From an uncultured Verrucomicrobiae bacterium (GTDB lineage: Bacteria > Verrucomicrobiota > Verrucomicrobiia > Limisphaerales > Palsa-1400), in NCBI GenBank assembly GCA_963764165.1, contig CAVXRD010000004.1:608001-672000 (forward strand): DNA of 64,000 nt. The letters run 5' to 3'. Position numbers and translations under genes: made by a program. Under the pieces are notes generated by a model, which did no database searches, had not been told where the DNA came from, and saw only the letters and a list, made by a program, of their open reading frames with translations. Within the stretch, counting starts at the first letter, position 1. Every line of letters begins with the position of its first letter. This document shows positions 48,537 through 59,072 of the stretch, in pieces.

Positions 48537-49487
48537 TCACGCCCGCGGGTGCGCCTTTTGATAGCTGCGCTTCAATCGCTCCGCCGTGATGTGCGTATAC
48601 ACTTGCGTGGTGGCGAGGTGCGCATGGCCGAGGAGTTCCTGCACACTTCGCAAGTCCGCCCCGGCGTCAAGTATATGGGTGGCAAAGCTGTGGCGGAGTT
48701 TGTGCGGCGTCAAATTCGGGTCGAGGCCCGCTGAGCGAAGATATTTCTTCAAACGCAACTGCACCGTTCTGGGTGAAAGCGGTTTGATGGCATTGGCATT
48801 GGCCCAAAAGACGGGTTCGTCAGAGCCTGGCGAATGCTTGCTGCGCGACCAAAATTCCTTGATGGCCCTGAGCGCAGGCTCGCCGACCGGAACCAGCCTT
48901 TCCTTCTGTCCTTTGCCCCGAATGCGGGCGATTTGCTCCGGCCAATCGATGTCCCCGGCTCGCAAGCCGCACAATTCGCTGATGCGCAGGCCGCAGGAAT
49001 AAATGACTTCCAAAATTGCGGCATCACGAAAGTAGATGGCCGGATCAAAATCCTCTCCGCTTGGGAGCGCCTTCATCTCGTTGGCTGGCGCTTCGGCCAA
49101 TGCCTCGAATTGCGCGATGGTCAGAAACATTGGATTTCGCTTTTCCACTTTCGGCAGCAAAATATTCCGCACCGGCGAGGTCTCAACCACGCCTTCGCGA
49201 ATCAGGTATCTGTAAAGCGAACGCAGCGCGGAAAAACGAAGTTGGATGGCGGCGCGGCTCAATGAACGCCGGCCAAGCGACCGGAGGAAATAACGGAAGT
49301 CGTCGCGCTGCAACGCGGCCCAATCAGGAGCGGTGTTGCGCTCCTTTATCCAGCCAGCGAATTCAAGAAGAGCCTGCCGGTAATTGCGTTCGGTGTAGAT
49401 AGACCCGCCCCGCGCACCGAGATGCTGCAGAAATTTTGCGCCCCAAGACCCGATGACTGATTCCAAACTCGCTTCGCTATCGGACAT
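48537..49487 (-). CDS. xerC: Tyrosine recombinase XerC-like
   Basis: RDAAILEVIYSCGLRISEL, GKGQKER, PHKLRHSFATH, VQELLGH..LATTQVYTH, HPRA. Confidence 0.9.
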   Translation of the reverse strand: MSDSEASLESVIGSWGAKFLQHLGARGGSIYTERNYRQALLEFAGWIKERNTAPDWAALQRDDFRYFLRSLGRRSLSRAAIQLRFSALRSLYRYLIREGVVETSPVRNILLPKVEKRNPMFLTIAQFEALAEAPANEMKALPSGEDFDPAIYFRDAAILEVIYSCGLRISELCGLRAGDIDWPEQIARIRGKGQKERLVPVGEPALRAIKEFWSRSKHSPGSDEPVFWANANAIKPLSPRTVQLRLKKYLRSAGLDPNLTPHKLRHSFATHILDAGADLRSVQELLGHAHLATTQVYTHITAERLKRSYQKAHPRA

Positions 49488-49639
49488 GCGGGGGCAAGCA
49501 TAATGCCGAAACTCCACAGTCCAAAGCTAATTGAGAAGGCGAAGGCGCGCTATTTGGCCTGTCGCTGTTTTCAGTGGAATAGAGCGTGTGTTCCGGCTTG
49601 CGGGGGAAACGGCCCGGCCATGCCCCCAAAACAGCGGCG

Positions 49640-50167
49640 CTATTTTTTTTCGGCAAGCTCGAGTCGCTTCAAATCCTCGGCGAGGAATTGCGTCACGTCC
49701 TTGAACTTTTGCACGTTTCGCGGATCAATGCCCATCAAGGTCTGATGGGCTTCGAGGCAGTTGCGGGCGACTTCCGTCTTTGATTTGTCGGCCACAGGAG
49801 CGATCGGTTCGTAATTTACAGAAGAGGTGTCCTTGCAGCGGACAATTTTGAAGAGCTCGATCACCCCCAGATTTTCCAAAACTTCCTCGATGCGCGGGCT
49901 GGGATTGATCAGTTCCAAGGTGAAATGAGAGGAACCATTGCTGCCGCCGGACTTCAAGGCGATGCCCGCCAGCAATCCCAGAAACGTGCTGTCCATCATC
50001 AGGCAATCGCACAGTTCCAAAACGAAGCGCTGGAACCCCCGCTGGCGGAGTTCATCAAACAGCTTCTTAAGGTCAATGCTTAGATTGAAATCCCCTTTGC
50101 CACTGACCTTGATAAAGGCGACTTTATCAGATACAGCAACCATCAATTTTGCCGGCGACGCATTCAT
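49640..50167 (-). CDS. STAS domain anti-sigma factor antagonist
   Basis: MDSTFLGLL; EAHQTLM...N..KFKDV. Confidence 0.88.
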   Translation of the reverse strand: MNASPAKLMVAVSDKVAFIKVSGKGDFNLSIDLKKLFDELRQRGFQRFVLELCDCLMMDSTFLGLLAGIALKSGGSNGSSHFTLELINPSPRIEEVLENLGVIELFKIVRCKDTSSVNYEPIAPVADKSKTEVARNCLEAHQTLMGIDPRNVQKFKDVTQFLAEDLKRLELAEKK

Positions 50168-50206
50168 GAGACAGCCTGCTAATTATCCCCCGTTCGCCGC
50201 GTTAAG

Positions 50207-51358
50207 TCAAGCTGCGGCCCAGAAATCCTGCGAGGCGGGCCGGCTCACAATCCTGACCAATGCCTGCTGCAAAATAAGCGCGGGATCCAAACTGCGCGAG
50301 ACGAGCTGCCGATTGCATTCCAGCAGCAAATCCATTGCGGCCACCATCTCCGCCTGCGTGTAATTGGAAGCCTGCCCCAAGGCGCGGAATAAAACATAAG
50401 GATTGGTGGCCAGCGGATTGAATTTCTTGTCATCCGGCAGCGCCTCGATGGGAACGCGGCTCAATTGGTTTTTGAAGGAAGCGAAATCGCCGCCGGGCCG
50501 CAGCCATTTTTGCGCGACCATTTCCGAAACCATAATCATGCTGCGGACTTTGCTGATAAGCCCGTAAAGCAAGCCGATTTCACTATGCTGCGGGTCGCGG
50601 CGAACTTCCCAAAGCTCCTCATCCAGACAGCGCAGGAGGCGCGGCAAATTCCGGTCGCCCAGCGCATCGCCCAGCGCAAAGGCGCGCGCCTGCTTGTTGC
50701 GCGTTACGATGGCGTCGATGTCCTCCACCTCAACTTTCGGCCGCTCGCCGCAATACAAAAACAGTTTCTCGATCTCGCTGCGAAGCCCGCGCACATTGGG
50801 CCCGACGCTGGCAATCAACTTGGACAACGCCGCGCTCGAAATTTCCTTGCCGAGTTCGCGAAAAGCGCGCGAAGCGAATGCCTCCGCCTGATCTTCCCAA
50901 TCTCGATCCTCCGCCGACCACCCGGCGATGACTTCGACAGTTCCGATTTTTTCGAGCGTTTTGTAAAAGGTTTTGCGCTTGTCGACCTTGCCTGCGGTGA
51001 CGAGCAGGCGAACCCCCTGCCACGAGAATCCCTTCAACTCCTGCGCCATGTCCGCCAGCGCCGCCGTCACGGACTGCGCTTCCGCCGCGCGTTCGTCGCC
51101 GAGGAAATTGCAGCTTTGCAGCCAGATGGCTTTGCCCGTGCCGAAAAAGGGAAGTGTCTGCAGCGCTTCGCGAAGCTTGGCGATGACTCTCAGCGCCTCG
51201 CCGCTGTTCGCGGCGGTGGCGTCAATAATCTCGTGATCCGTCCCTCCAATTTCCGCCGACCATTTCTTGAAAACCTCTCGGGCGCGTTCCTTGACGCCGA
51301 GATCGTCATCTCCGCAGACGAGAAGGACGGGAGCTTTGGGCGAAGCGGCTGGGGGCAT
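50207..51358 (-). CDS. holA: DNA polymerase III subunit delta
   Basis: LVCGDD, TLPFFG, KVDKRK, SEIEKLFLY, AFALGDA. Confidence 0.85.
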   Translation of the reverse strand: MPPAASPKAPVLLVCGDDDLGVKERAREVFKKWSAEIGGTDHEIIDATAANSGEALRVIAKLREALQTLPFFGTGKAIWLQSCNFLGDERAAEAQSVTAALADMAQELKGFSWQGVRLLVTAGKVDKRKTFYKTLEKIGTVEVIAGWSAEDRDWEDQAEAFASRAFRELGKEISSAALSKLIASVGPNVRGLRSEIEKLFLYCGERPKVEVEDIDAIVTRNKQARAFALGDALGDRNLPRLLRCLDEELWEVRRDPQHSEIGLLYGLISKVRSMIMVSEMVAQKWLRPGGDFASFKNQLSRVPIEALPDDKKFNPLATNPYVLFRALGQASNYTQAEMVAAMDLLLECNRQLVSRSLDPALILQQALVRIVSRPASQDFWAAA

Positions 51359-51372
51359 GGTCGAAATGGAAG

Positions 51373-51834
51373 CTATTCAGGATCCTCGGCTTCGCCGGGA
51401 TTTTCGCTGATCCGCTCGAGATACTCCGTCACGTCCTCGACAGTCTCGAAGAGGGCGCTGGAGACAAAAATGGGCCGCTTCTGCGCCGTCGCCAGCGCAA
51501 GGCAATCGCTCGGGCGGGCGTCGATCTCGACCCATTTGCAGCCAAGCTCGTTTTCCTGCTTCAGGATCAGGCGCGCGTAAAAGGTGGCGTTCTTGAGCTC
51601 GGTGATGACGACGCGCTCGATGGTGACGTTAAGCCCCTTGAAGATATTATTGACCAACGCATGCGTCATCGGACGCTCGGTGACCGCTCCTTTGAGGAAC
51701 ATGTTAATCACCGCGCCCATGGTATGCTCGACTTGAATGACGAAGACCTTGCGGGTATTGCCCACAAAAATAGCGCACCCTGTATTCGAAGGCAGAATGC
51801 CGCGAATTTCCACGGGGAGAACGTCGTTCTTCAT
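51373..51834 (-). CDS. Bifunctional nuclease (DUF151) family protein
   Basis: RPMTHAL, TFYARL, IDARPSDCLALA. Confidence 0.9.
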   Translation of the reverse strand: MKNDVLPVEIRGILPSNTGCAIFVGNTRKVFVIQVEHTMGAVINMFLKGAVTERPMTHALVNNIFKGLNVTIERVVITELKNATFYARLILKQENELGCKWVEIDARPSDCLALATAQKRPIFVSSALFETVEDVTEYLERISENPGEAEDPE

Positions 51835-51977
51835 GCGAACAGATTAAGCTCTCCGAAAAAAAACTCAACCTTTCTGAGAGCGCGTTTTGAAAATTCCACT
51901 CCATTCATCCGCCGCCGCCAGCGAAGGTTTGACACGTCAACGGGCATTTGTTCAAATTCCGGCCGAAGCAAAGTCAC

Positions 51978-52838
51978 ATGAACCGAATCATTTCCGCATT
52001 ATCGCTCAGCGCGCTGGCGTTCTCCGCAAACGCCGCCGACCAACCCTACACGCTCTTCAATCCCGCCCCTGCGGATTCGCTGCGTCCGTTGAACTCCGAC
52101 CAGTACGACAACGTTCTCGACGCGCGCACGCTTGACGCGGGGCACGTCCAAGTGGAGACGAGCCTTGTCAATTATTACCTTTATTCGGAGCACATAGGGT
52201 ATCCCGGCGTGTCTTACAAATTCTCTGAGGAAGAATACCATTGGTCTCCGGCGATTCGTGTCGGCCTCCTGGACAATGTCGAGTTTTATGTGAACCCCAG
52301 CTACACTTCGGAGTCGGAAAATGTCAAAGGATCCTATTCCGCCCCTTATGTCCCCGTCACATTCGACAATACGACGCATCGCAGCTCATTTGGCGCCGTG
52401 AATTTGGAGCCTAAAGTGAATCTATGGGGCAACAATGGCGGAATGACCTCGTTCGCATTGAGCCCGTACCTTGGTGTGCCAACAGGACACGGAGCAGTCA
52501 GAGGTGGCGGAGCGGCAGCGTTCGGTGTCTCGCTTCCGTATGCGTTCTATTTGAAAGTTGAAAGTGAGTTATATGATACCCGCGACCACCGCACCGTTTA
52601 CGGCGGATTCTATAACGCCATCAGCCTCCACAAAAAGCTCTGCTCGAAATCAGATGCGTTTGCGTATCTGGATTCCGCCGCAAGCTCGGACCCGGATTCG
52701 TCGTGGTATGGCTACACTGGATTCGGCGCAACATACAGCATTACCCGGAATCTCCAGCTTTTCGGGGCGATGGGTTTTGGCATTGTCAGCGCAGCCTTCG
52801 ATTACAATCCGCGCTTTGGTGTGGTGGCGCGGTTCTAA
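51978..52838 (+). CDS. Outer-membrane beta-barrel 'transporter' (MetA-pathway of phenol degradation-like)
   Basis: Signal peptide, YTLFNP.P...LRPL, TLDAGHVQVE, KVNLWGN.GG, C-terminal RF. Confidence 0.75.
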   Translation: MNRIISALSLSALAFSANAADQPYTLFNPAPADSLRPLNSDQYDNVLDARTLDAGHVQVETSLVNYYLYSEHIGYPGVSYKFSEEEYHWSPAIRVGLLDNVEFYVNPSYTSESENVKGSYSAPYVPVTFDNTTHRSSFGAVNLEPKVNLWGNNGGMTSFALSPYLGVPTGHGAVRGGGAAAFGVSLPYAFYLKVESELYDTRDHRTVYGGFYNAISLHKKLCSKSDAFAYLDSAASSDPDSSWYGYTGFGATYSITRNLQLFGAMGFGIVSAAFDYNPRFGVVARF

Positions 52839-53064
52839 TAAGCGTCACTTGCGGTCAAACGTTGGAACATGCAAATCGAGATGGCGTTGAATAATTATAT
52901 AATCTCCAAAAACCCGTTGCGTCGTCGAGTATCAACCAGATAACCCGCTACATTTGGTTCCTCGCTGTTTTCAGTGGAATGAGACAACTCGTTAGCCGTC
53001 GCTGCGGGACAACCCATTTGGAATCCAGGCTCGGCACTGGCTTGGCCAAAGCTCGTTATAGTGT

Positions 53065-53164
53065 ATGATCTCGAAAAAGGGGCAACACCCGCTACACGGT
53101 TGACCATCAACGAGATAAGGGGCAACAAAAATAGCAACAAACCCGCAACAGACCCGCAACATTT
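53065..53164 (+). repeat. Phased GCWACA array element, copy B (partial copy C at 52898-52955)
   Basis: ATCTCGAAAAA plus six GC[A/T]ACA boxes with the same spacing as copy A. Confidence 0.8.
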
Positions 53165-53308
53165 CGCCCTTTGGCGCCGTGCCCTTCTGAGAATCCTTGT
53201 CCTGTTCCTCCAAAATTATTTTAATCTGCATCCATCTGTGGCTAAGCCAACCCCGGTTTGTCATTGGCAGAATTTCGATTTACGATGATGCTCAGTGCGG
53301 GCGGAGTC

Positions 53309-54583
53309 GTGAGCCAGTTTTTTATATATCTTTGCGCGGGCGCCATCGCGGCCAAATGGTTCGCGCAAATGGCGTTGGAATGGTTGAACCAGCGGCATGT
53401 GCGCCGCCATGCGGGCTCCGTGCCGGCGGCTTTCACTTCTGTCATCACTCCCGAAAATTATGCTAAATCGGTCGGCTATACTCTCGCGAAAAGCCGGCTT
53501 GAAATGGTTGAATTGACTTGGGGCTCTGCGGTTTTGGCGGCGGTGCTTTTCAGCGGCATCCTTCCTTGGTCGTATCATTTGGAAAGCCGCCAGCTCGGCC
53601 AATCCATTTGGGCGCGAGCGGTTTTTTTGCTGCTGGCAGGGCTCGCCTTGTCGATTCTTGATTGGCCGCTTGAATGGTATGGGCAATTCCGCTTGGAAGA
53701 GCGATTTGGGTTCAACACGACGACGATGGGAACATGGTGGGCCGATCGCGCCAAGGGATTTGCGCTGGGAATCATCCTCGGCGCGCCGCTGATTGCTTTA
53801 ATTCTGAAACTGGCGGCGTGGCTTGGGGCGGCTTGGTGGGTTTGGGCGTGGGCCGCGCTCGGCATTTTTCAATTGGTGATGATGGTGGTCGCGCCCGTCG
53901 TTATTATGCCGCTCTTCAATAAGTTCACGCCACTGCCCGAGGGCTCTTTGCGTGATCGGCTGCTGGATCTCGGGAGGCGGGCCGGGTTCCGCGCGCGCGA
54001 CATCCAGGTCATGGATGGCAGCAAGCGCTCGCGCCACTCCAACGCGTTTTTTACCGGGCTTGGAAAGTTCCGAAAAATTGTTCTATTTGACACGCTGGCG
54101 CAGCAGTTGGATCCGGCGGAACTCGAATCGGTCCTGGCGCACGAAATCGGGCACTACAAAAATGGACACATCCCAAAATCAATCTTGCTCGCGCTGGCTG
54201 GCTGGCTGGCGGCTTTTTATTTGATTGCGAAACTTGTCCCGACGACGTGGTTTCTGCCGAGCTTCGGCTTCGCCGCCGGTGACATGGCCCCTGCTCTCCT
54301 CATATTTGCAATCCTGTCAGGTGTGGTTCTGTTCTGGACTTCGCCGCTGTTCCACGGCCTGTCAAGAAAGCATGAGTACGAGGCGGACGCTTACGCGGCG
54401 CAATTGGTCAAAAAAATCTCCCCGCTGATCAGCGCACTGCGAAAATTGAATGAGAAGAATCTCAGCAATCTGACACCGCATCCGATTTACAGCGGATTCT
54501 ATTATTCGCATCCCACCCTGCTGGAACGGGAGAGCGCCCTGGCAAAATTGACGATTCAGGGAGGGGGGCTCGACGCGGTGTAA
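53309..54583 (+). CDS. M48 (Ste24/CAAX-like) membrane zinc metalloprotease
   Basis: EERFGFN, PLFNKFTPL, DGSKRS.HSNAFFTG, LAHEIGH, EYEAD, YSHP. Start uncertain. Confidence 0.92.
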   Translation: MSQFFIYLCAGAIAAKWFAQMALEWLNQRHVRRHAGSVPAAFTSVITPENYAKSVGYTLAKSRLEMVELTWGSAVLAAVLFSGILPWSYHLESRQLGQSIWARAVFLLLAGLALSILDWPLEWYGQFRLEERFGFNTTTMGTWWADRAKGFALGIILGAPLIALILKLAAWLGAAWWVWAWAALGIFQLVMMVVAPVVIMPLFNKFTPLPEGSLRDRLLDLGRRAGFRARDIQVMDGSKRSRHSNAFFTGLGKFRKIVLFDTLAQQLDPAELESVLAHEIGHYKNGHIPKSILLALAGWLAAFYLIAKLVPTTWFLPSFGFAAGDMAPALLIFAILSGVVLFWTSPLFHGLSRKHEYEADAYAAQLVKKISPLISALRKLNEKNLSNLTPHPIYSGFYYSHPTLLERESALAKLTIQGGGLDAV

Positions 54584-54586
54584 ACT

Positions 54587-55810
54587 ATGCCGCCGCGCTC
54601 CAAAAGTCGAAAGTCCGGCAAAAAATCCGGCGGGCGGTTCACCGCGATTCTGTTCTTCGGGCTGCTTGGGCCTGGGTTGGTGGTGTTTGTTTTGTGGCAC
54701 GCCTCGCGGCCCGATGCCGAAGTGCCGCGCAGGTTCATTCCCGCTCCGTTGCCGCACACGTCAGCGCCCGTCGCCGTTATTCCGCCAAAAACAAATCCTC
54801 CGCCAGCCCTCGTGGTTCCTGAGAAAACGAATTCACTGCCGGTGGCAGCCGCGCCGATGCCTCCTCCCGAGATAAAACCGGCCCCGCCGGTCGAAATCCG
54901 TCCAATCCCGAATCCAGCGCCAACCAACATTCCGCCGCCGCCCATCATCACCGTCCCGCGCCCTGTCGAAACCGTCCTTGAGGCGCAAGTCGCACTCGTG
55001 CGGCAAGGGATTTCTCCCGGGTCCATCGACGGCCGGTCCGGATCACAAACAAGCGCCGCCATCCTCGCCTTTCAACAAAAGCTGAAGCTTCCGCAAACGG
55101 GTATTCTTGACAGCGAAACCAGGAATGCGCTCACCATCATGCCGCCGGGAACTATTGCCTACACCGTAACGAGCGATGACTTGAAGCGCCTGCACCCGCT
55201 GCCAAAAACGTGGCTCGATAAATCGGCGCAGACTAACTTGGATTTCGAGAATCTCCTGGAACTGCTCGGCGAAAAGTCCTTTTCCAGCCCCAAGTTCATT
55301 CAGGAAATAAACCCGGGTGTGGATTGGAATAACGTGGCGGCGGGAGACAAAGTCACCATCCCGGACGTCCAATATCCCGCCCTGCCTGCCAATCCCGCTT
55401 TCATCAGAATTTCCCTGCAACGGTGCGTCCTGGAAGTATTCGACGGGCAGACCAATTTGCTTCTCCATTTTCCGTGCAGCATCGGGCATATCGCGTCCAA
55501 GCGCCCGTCGGGGCAGTTGAAGGTAATGACGGTGGCGACCGATCCCAACTACACGTTTGATCCCTCAGTTTTTCCCGAATCGCCGGAAGCACAGAATGTG
55601 GGCCACAAGCTGATTCTGCCGCCGGGGCCGAACAATCCCGTCGGCGTGGCCTGGATTGGCTTGGACAGATCTGGCTACGGCATCCATGGCACACCCGCGC
55701 CGGAGCAAGTGGGCCGGACGGAATCGCACGGCTGCTTCAGGCTGGCCAACTGGAATGCCGCCTTCCTCGCCCGGCAAGTGTGGGTGGGAATGGACGTTAT
55801 CGTTGAATGA
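54587..55810 (+). CDS. L,D-transpeptidase with peptidoglycan-binding domain
   Basis: PGSIDG..G..T..AILAFQ; PPGPNNPVG, YGIHGT, SHGCFRLANW. Confidence 0.92.
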   Translation: MPPRSKSRKSGKKSGGRFTAILFFGLLGPGLVVFVLWHASRPDAEVPRRFIPAPLPHTSAPVAVIPPKTNPPPALVVPEKTNSLPVAAAPMPPPEIKPAPPVEIRPIPNPAPTNIPPPPIITVPRPVETVLEAQVALVRQGISPGSIDGRSGSQTSAAILAFQQKLKLPQTGILDSETRNALTIMPPGTIAYTVTSDDLKRLHPLPKTWLDKSAQTNLDFENLLELLGEKSFSSPKFIQEINPGVDWNNVAAGDKVTIPDVQYPALPANPAFIRISLQRCVLEVFDGQTNLLLHFPCSIGHIASKRPSGQLKVMTVATDPNYTFDPSVFPESPEAQNVGHKLILPPGPNNPVGVAWIGLDRSGYGIHGTPAPEQVGRTESHGCFRLANWNAAFLARQVWVGMDVIVE

Positions 55811-55858
55811 ATTGTCATTTGAATCTCACCTCCCGCCAATTAGATTGACTACGAGATT

Positions 55859-57256
55859 ATGTCTTTGCCGCGCTTAACCAAAATCATCCGGGTCCTATTA
55901 CTCCCAATATTCCCACTACTCCTATCCATGTTCGTCTTCGCTTCAGCAAAAGCCGCCGATGTTCCGTCGCAATTGCTGGCCGAAATGACCAATTCGGATT
56001 TTGCCTACAACCGGCTCGCCGCGCTATGCGACAAATTCGGCCCGCGTTTCAGCGGCTCGACAAATTTGGAAGCAGCGCTCGATTGGATTATCACGCAGAT
56101 GAACGAAGACGGTTTGGAAAACGTCCACGGCGAAAAAGTGATGGTGCCGCATTGGGTGCGCGGAGTGGAATCGGCTGAATTGCTGGAGCCGCGCGCTCGG
56201 AAACTGCCCATGCTGGGTCTGGGCGGAAGCATCGCCACTCCGCCCGAGGGAATTACGGCTGAGGTATTCGTCGTCAAGGATTTCGCGGATCTTTCCAATC
56301 ATGTGGCGGAAGCAAAAAACAAAATTGTCCTTTTCAATCTGCCTTTCACGACTTACGGCGGGACGGTCAAGATTCGCGTTCGCGGCGCAGTGGAAGCCGC
56401 CAAAGCCGGGGCCGTGGCGAGCTTGATTCGTTCAGTCACGCCGTATTCGCAACAAACACCGCACACCGGGATGATGATGTACGAGGATGGCGTTCCCAAA
56501 ATTCCTCACGCCGCCATCACGGTCGAAGACGCGGAAATGATGCAGCGCATGCAGGATCGCGGGGATAAGATCGTCGTTCGCCTCAAGATGAGCGCAAAGC
56601 AGCTTCCTGATTCGCCATCCCGCAATGTCGTGGCGGAAGTTCGCGGCAGCGAGAAGCCGGAGGAAATTGTTGTTGTCAGCGGGCACATCGATTCGTGGGA
56701 TGTTGGCCAGGGGGCGATGGACGACGGCGGCGGCGCGATGGTGGCGTGGGAGGCCGCGCGTGTCATGCATAAACTTGGCCTCCGGCCGCGGCGGACCGTT
56801 CGCGTTGTGCTTTGGACGAACGAGGAAAACGGCGTTCGCGGCGGCATTGGTTACGAGGAACAGCATCATCACGAGATGAACAAACATGTTGCGGCTATGG
56901 AGTCGGACATCGGCACCTTCAAGCCGACGGGATTTTCGTTCGTGGGCGGCGATGCGGCGCGCAAGATGATTCGCGAATTCTCCAAACCGCTCGCCAGCAT
57001 TGGAGCGGGCGAAGTGTTTGACAAAGGCGGCGACACTGATATTGGCGAAATGGAAAAGGACGGCGTGCCATTGCTCGCCCTGCTCGACGACGAGACGAAA
57101 TACTTTTGGTACCATCACACAGAGGCGGATACGATTGATAAATTGAATCCGCGCGAGGTCGCCGCCTGCGCTTCTGCCATGGCGGTGATGGCGTGGCAAG
57201 TGGCTGATTCCCCCACTCCCCTCCCGCGCGGGGTTGTGCGAAATTCTGACAAATGA
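55859..57256 (+). CDS. M28 peptidase (carboxypeptidase Q-like)
   Basis: GPRFSGS, VPHWVRG, GHIDSWDVGQGAMDDGGG, NEE, HHTEADT. Confidence 0.92.
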   Translation: MSLPRLTKIIRVLLLPIFPLLLSMFVFASAKAADVPSQLLAEMTNSDFAYNRLAALCDKFGPRFSGSTNLEAALDWIITQMNEDGLENVHGEKVMVPHWVRGVESAELLEPRARKLPMLGLGGSIATPPEGITAEVFVVKDFADLSNHVAEAKNKIVLFNLPFTTYGGTVKIRVRGAVEAAKAGAVASLIRSVTPYSQQTPHTGMMMYEDGVPKIPHAAITVEDAEMMQRMQDRGDKIVVRLKMSAKQLPDSPSRNVVAEVRGSEKPEEIVVVSGHIDSWDVGQGAMDDGGGAMVAWEAARVMHKLGLRPRRTVRVVLWTNEENGVRGGIGYEEQHHHEMNKHVAAMESDIGTFKPTGFSFVGGDAARKMIREFSKPLASIGAGEVFDKGGDTDIGEMEKDGVPLLALLDDETKYFWYHHTEADTIDKLNPREVAACASAMAVMAWQVADSPTPLPRGVVRNSDK

Positions 57257-57262
57257 AATGTC

Positions 57263-58996
57263 ATGAAACGCGAATCATCGCTGGCCGGCATTCTTGAGCC
57301 GGTCTTCGCGATCCGGACGGAAGACGACCTTGGCATTGGGGACACCGAGGGCGTCCGCCAGATGGTTGACTGGTGCGCGCGCCATGGGCTGAACATTTTC
57401 CAGACGCTGCCCATCAACGAAACGGGCGGCGACAACAGCCCCTACAACGCCATCAGTTCGCTTGCCATTGATCCAGGCACCATCGCGATTTCGCCGAAGC
57501 ACATTCCGGACTTGTCACCGGCCAAATTCAAGTCGCTGGCTCCAGCAAGTTTGCTGGCCGAACTCCGCAAAGGGCCGGTCAATTACACGAAATGCAGGCC
57601 GCTCAAGCGAGCGCTGCTGGACGCGGCGTTTGATTATTTTTTGCGCAATCATTGGGAAAAGCAAACGGCGCGCGGCGGCCAGTTCAGGGCGTTTCTCCGT
57701 GAAAATGCGGATTGGATTTCCGACTACGCCGTCTTCCGCTTGCTCATGGAGGAGAACGGGGAAACGCCGTTTTGGGAAACTTGGAGCGTTGAGCATCGGA
57801 CGCCGCCGCTGGCCCACACATGGCTGCTTTCGCTTCCCGAAAAGCGGCAGGCGGAATTGGTGCGGCGGCAGCTCTTCTTTTGTTACGTCCAGTGGATCGC
57901 TTCCGCCCAATGGCGCGCGCTTAAGAGTTACGCTCAAAAACAGCGTGTTCAGCTCTTCGGCGACATTCCCTTCGGCGTCGGCCGCGGCAGTGCGGACGCC
58001 TGGGCCAACCGCGACGTCTTTGATCTCGATTGGTGCGGAGGCGCGCCTCCTGAAAAGGCGTTCAAGGACGATCCTTTCACAGTGAAATGGGGCCAGAATT
58101 GGGGCATCCCGAATTATCGCTGGGATGACGCCCGAGGACGGACCTTTGAATGGTGGCGAACGCGGATCGAGCACATACGGCGCAATTTTCATCTTTACAG
58201 GATTGACCACGTCCTCGGCTTTTTCCGAATCTATTCTTTCCCATGGACTCCCGATCGCAACTCCGAATTTCTGCCATTGTCAAAGAAACAGGCTGCTGCA
58301 AAAACCGGCGGACGGCTCCCGGGCTTCTCGAAATTTGCCGATGATTCTCCGGCGCATAAGAAAGCCAACCAGCAGCAAGGCGAACGAATCCTCCGGTTCG
58401 TCCTGGAGGCTTCCGGGGATACGGGCGTCATCGCCGAGGACTTGGGAATGGTGCCCGACTATGTGCCGGTGACTCTTGAAAAACTCGGCATCCCCGGCTT
58501 TCGCATTCCGAATTTTGTCCGCGAGCGCGACGGAAGCTACACGGATCCCGCGAAATACACACGACTGTCCCTGGCGCAACCCGCCACTCACGATCACCCG
58601 ACGATCGCGGCCATTTGGTCCGATCATTGGAGCGCCATCGACGCCGGAAAAAATGTGGCGGAGCACAAGCGCGAACTTCAGCGCTTTATGGATTTCGCTG
58701 GTGTGAAGGACAAGACGCCCCCGCGCGAATTCACGGATGCTCTGCGCGAAGGGTATTTGCGCCGAACAGCCCAGGCAAAATCGAAGATGGCCGTGGTCAT
58801 GATCACCGACATTTTCGGCGGGACTGAACGCTTCAATGTGCCTGGAGCGGTGAGCAATCAAAATTGGTCCACCCGCGTGCCTCAAACCGTAAATGAATTA
58901 GACGCCGACCCGGCGCTGTTATCCAAGACGGAATCGTTCAGCAGAATCATGCAGGAAGCCGGGCGCGGGCAGTTCTTGGCAGGCAAACCCCGGTAG
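57263..58996 (+). CDS. malQ: 4-alpha-glucanotransferase (GH77)
   Basis: GIGD, DNSPY, GDIPFG, GAPP, GQNWG.P, RIDHVLGF, AEDLG, THD, RFNVPG. Confidence 0.93.
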   Translation: MKRESSLAGILEPVFAIRTEDDLGIGDTEGVRQMVDWCARHGLNIFQTLPINETGGDNSPYNAISSLAIDPGTIAISPKHIPDLSPAKFKSLAPASLLAELRKGPVNYTKCRPLKRALLDAAFDYFLRNHWEKQTARGGQFRAFLRENADWISDYAVFRLLMEENGETPFWETWSVEHRTPPLAHTWLLSLPEKRQAELVRRQLFFCYVQWIASAQWRALKSYAQKQRVQLFGDIPFGVGRGSADAWANRDVFDLDWCGGAPPEKAFKDDPFTVKWGQNWGIPNYRWDDARGRTFEWWRTRIEHIRRNFHLYRIDHVLGFFRIYSFPWTPDRNSEFLPLSKKQAAAKTGGRLPGFSKFADDSPAHKKANQQQGERILRFVLEASGDTGVIAEDLGMVPDYVPVTLEKLGIPGFRIPNFVRERDGSYTDPAKYTRLSLAQPATHDHPTIAAIWSDHWSAIDAGKNVAEHKRELQRFMDFAGVKDKTPPREFTDALREGYLRRTAQAKSKMAVVMITDIFGGTERFNVPGAVSNQNWSTRVPQTVNELDADPALLSKTESFSRIMQEAGRGQFLAGKPR

Positions 58997-59072
58997 GTCG
59001 ATTCTTCTGCCGGACCGCTCCCTTTTTGGAGGATGCCGCAGCATAAGCCTCGCCCTGCCGAGTTTAGCTCTT

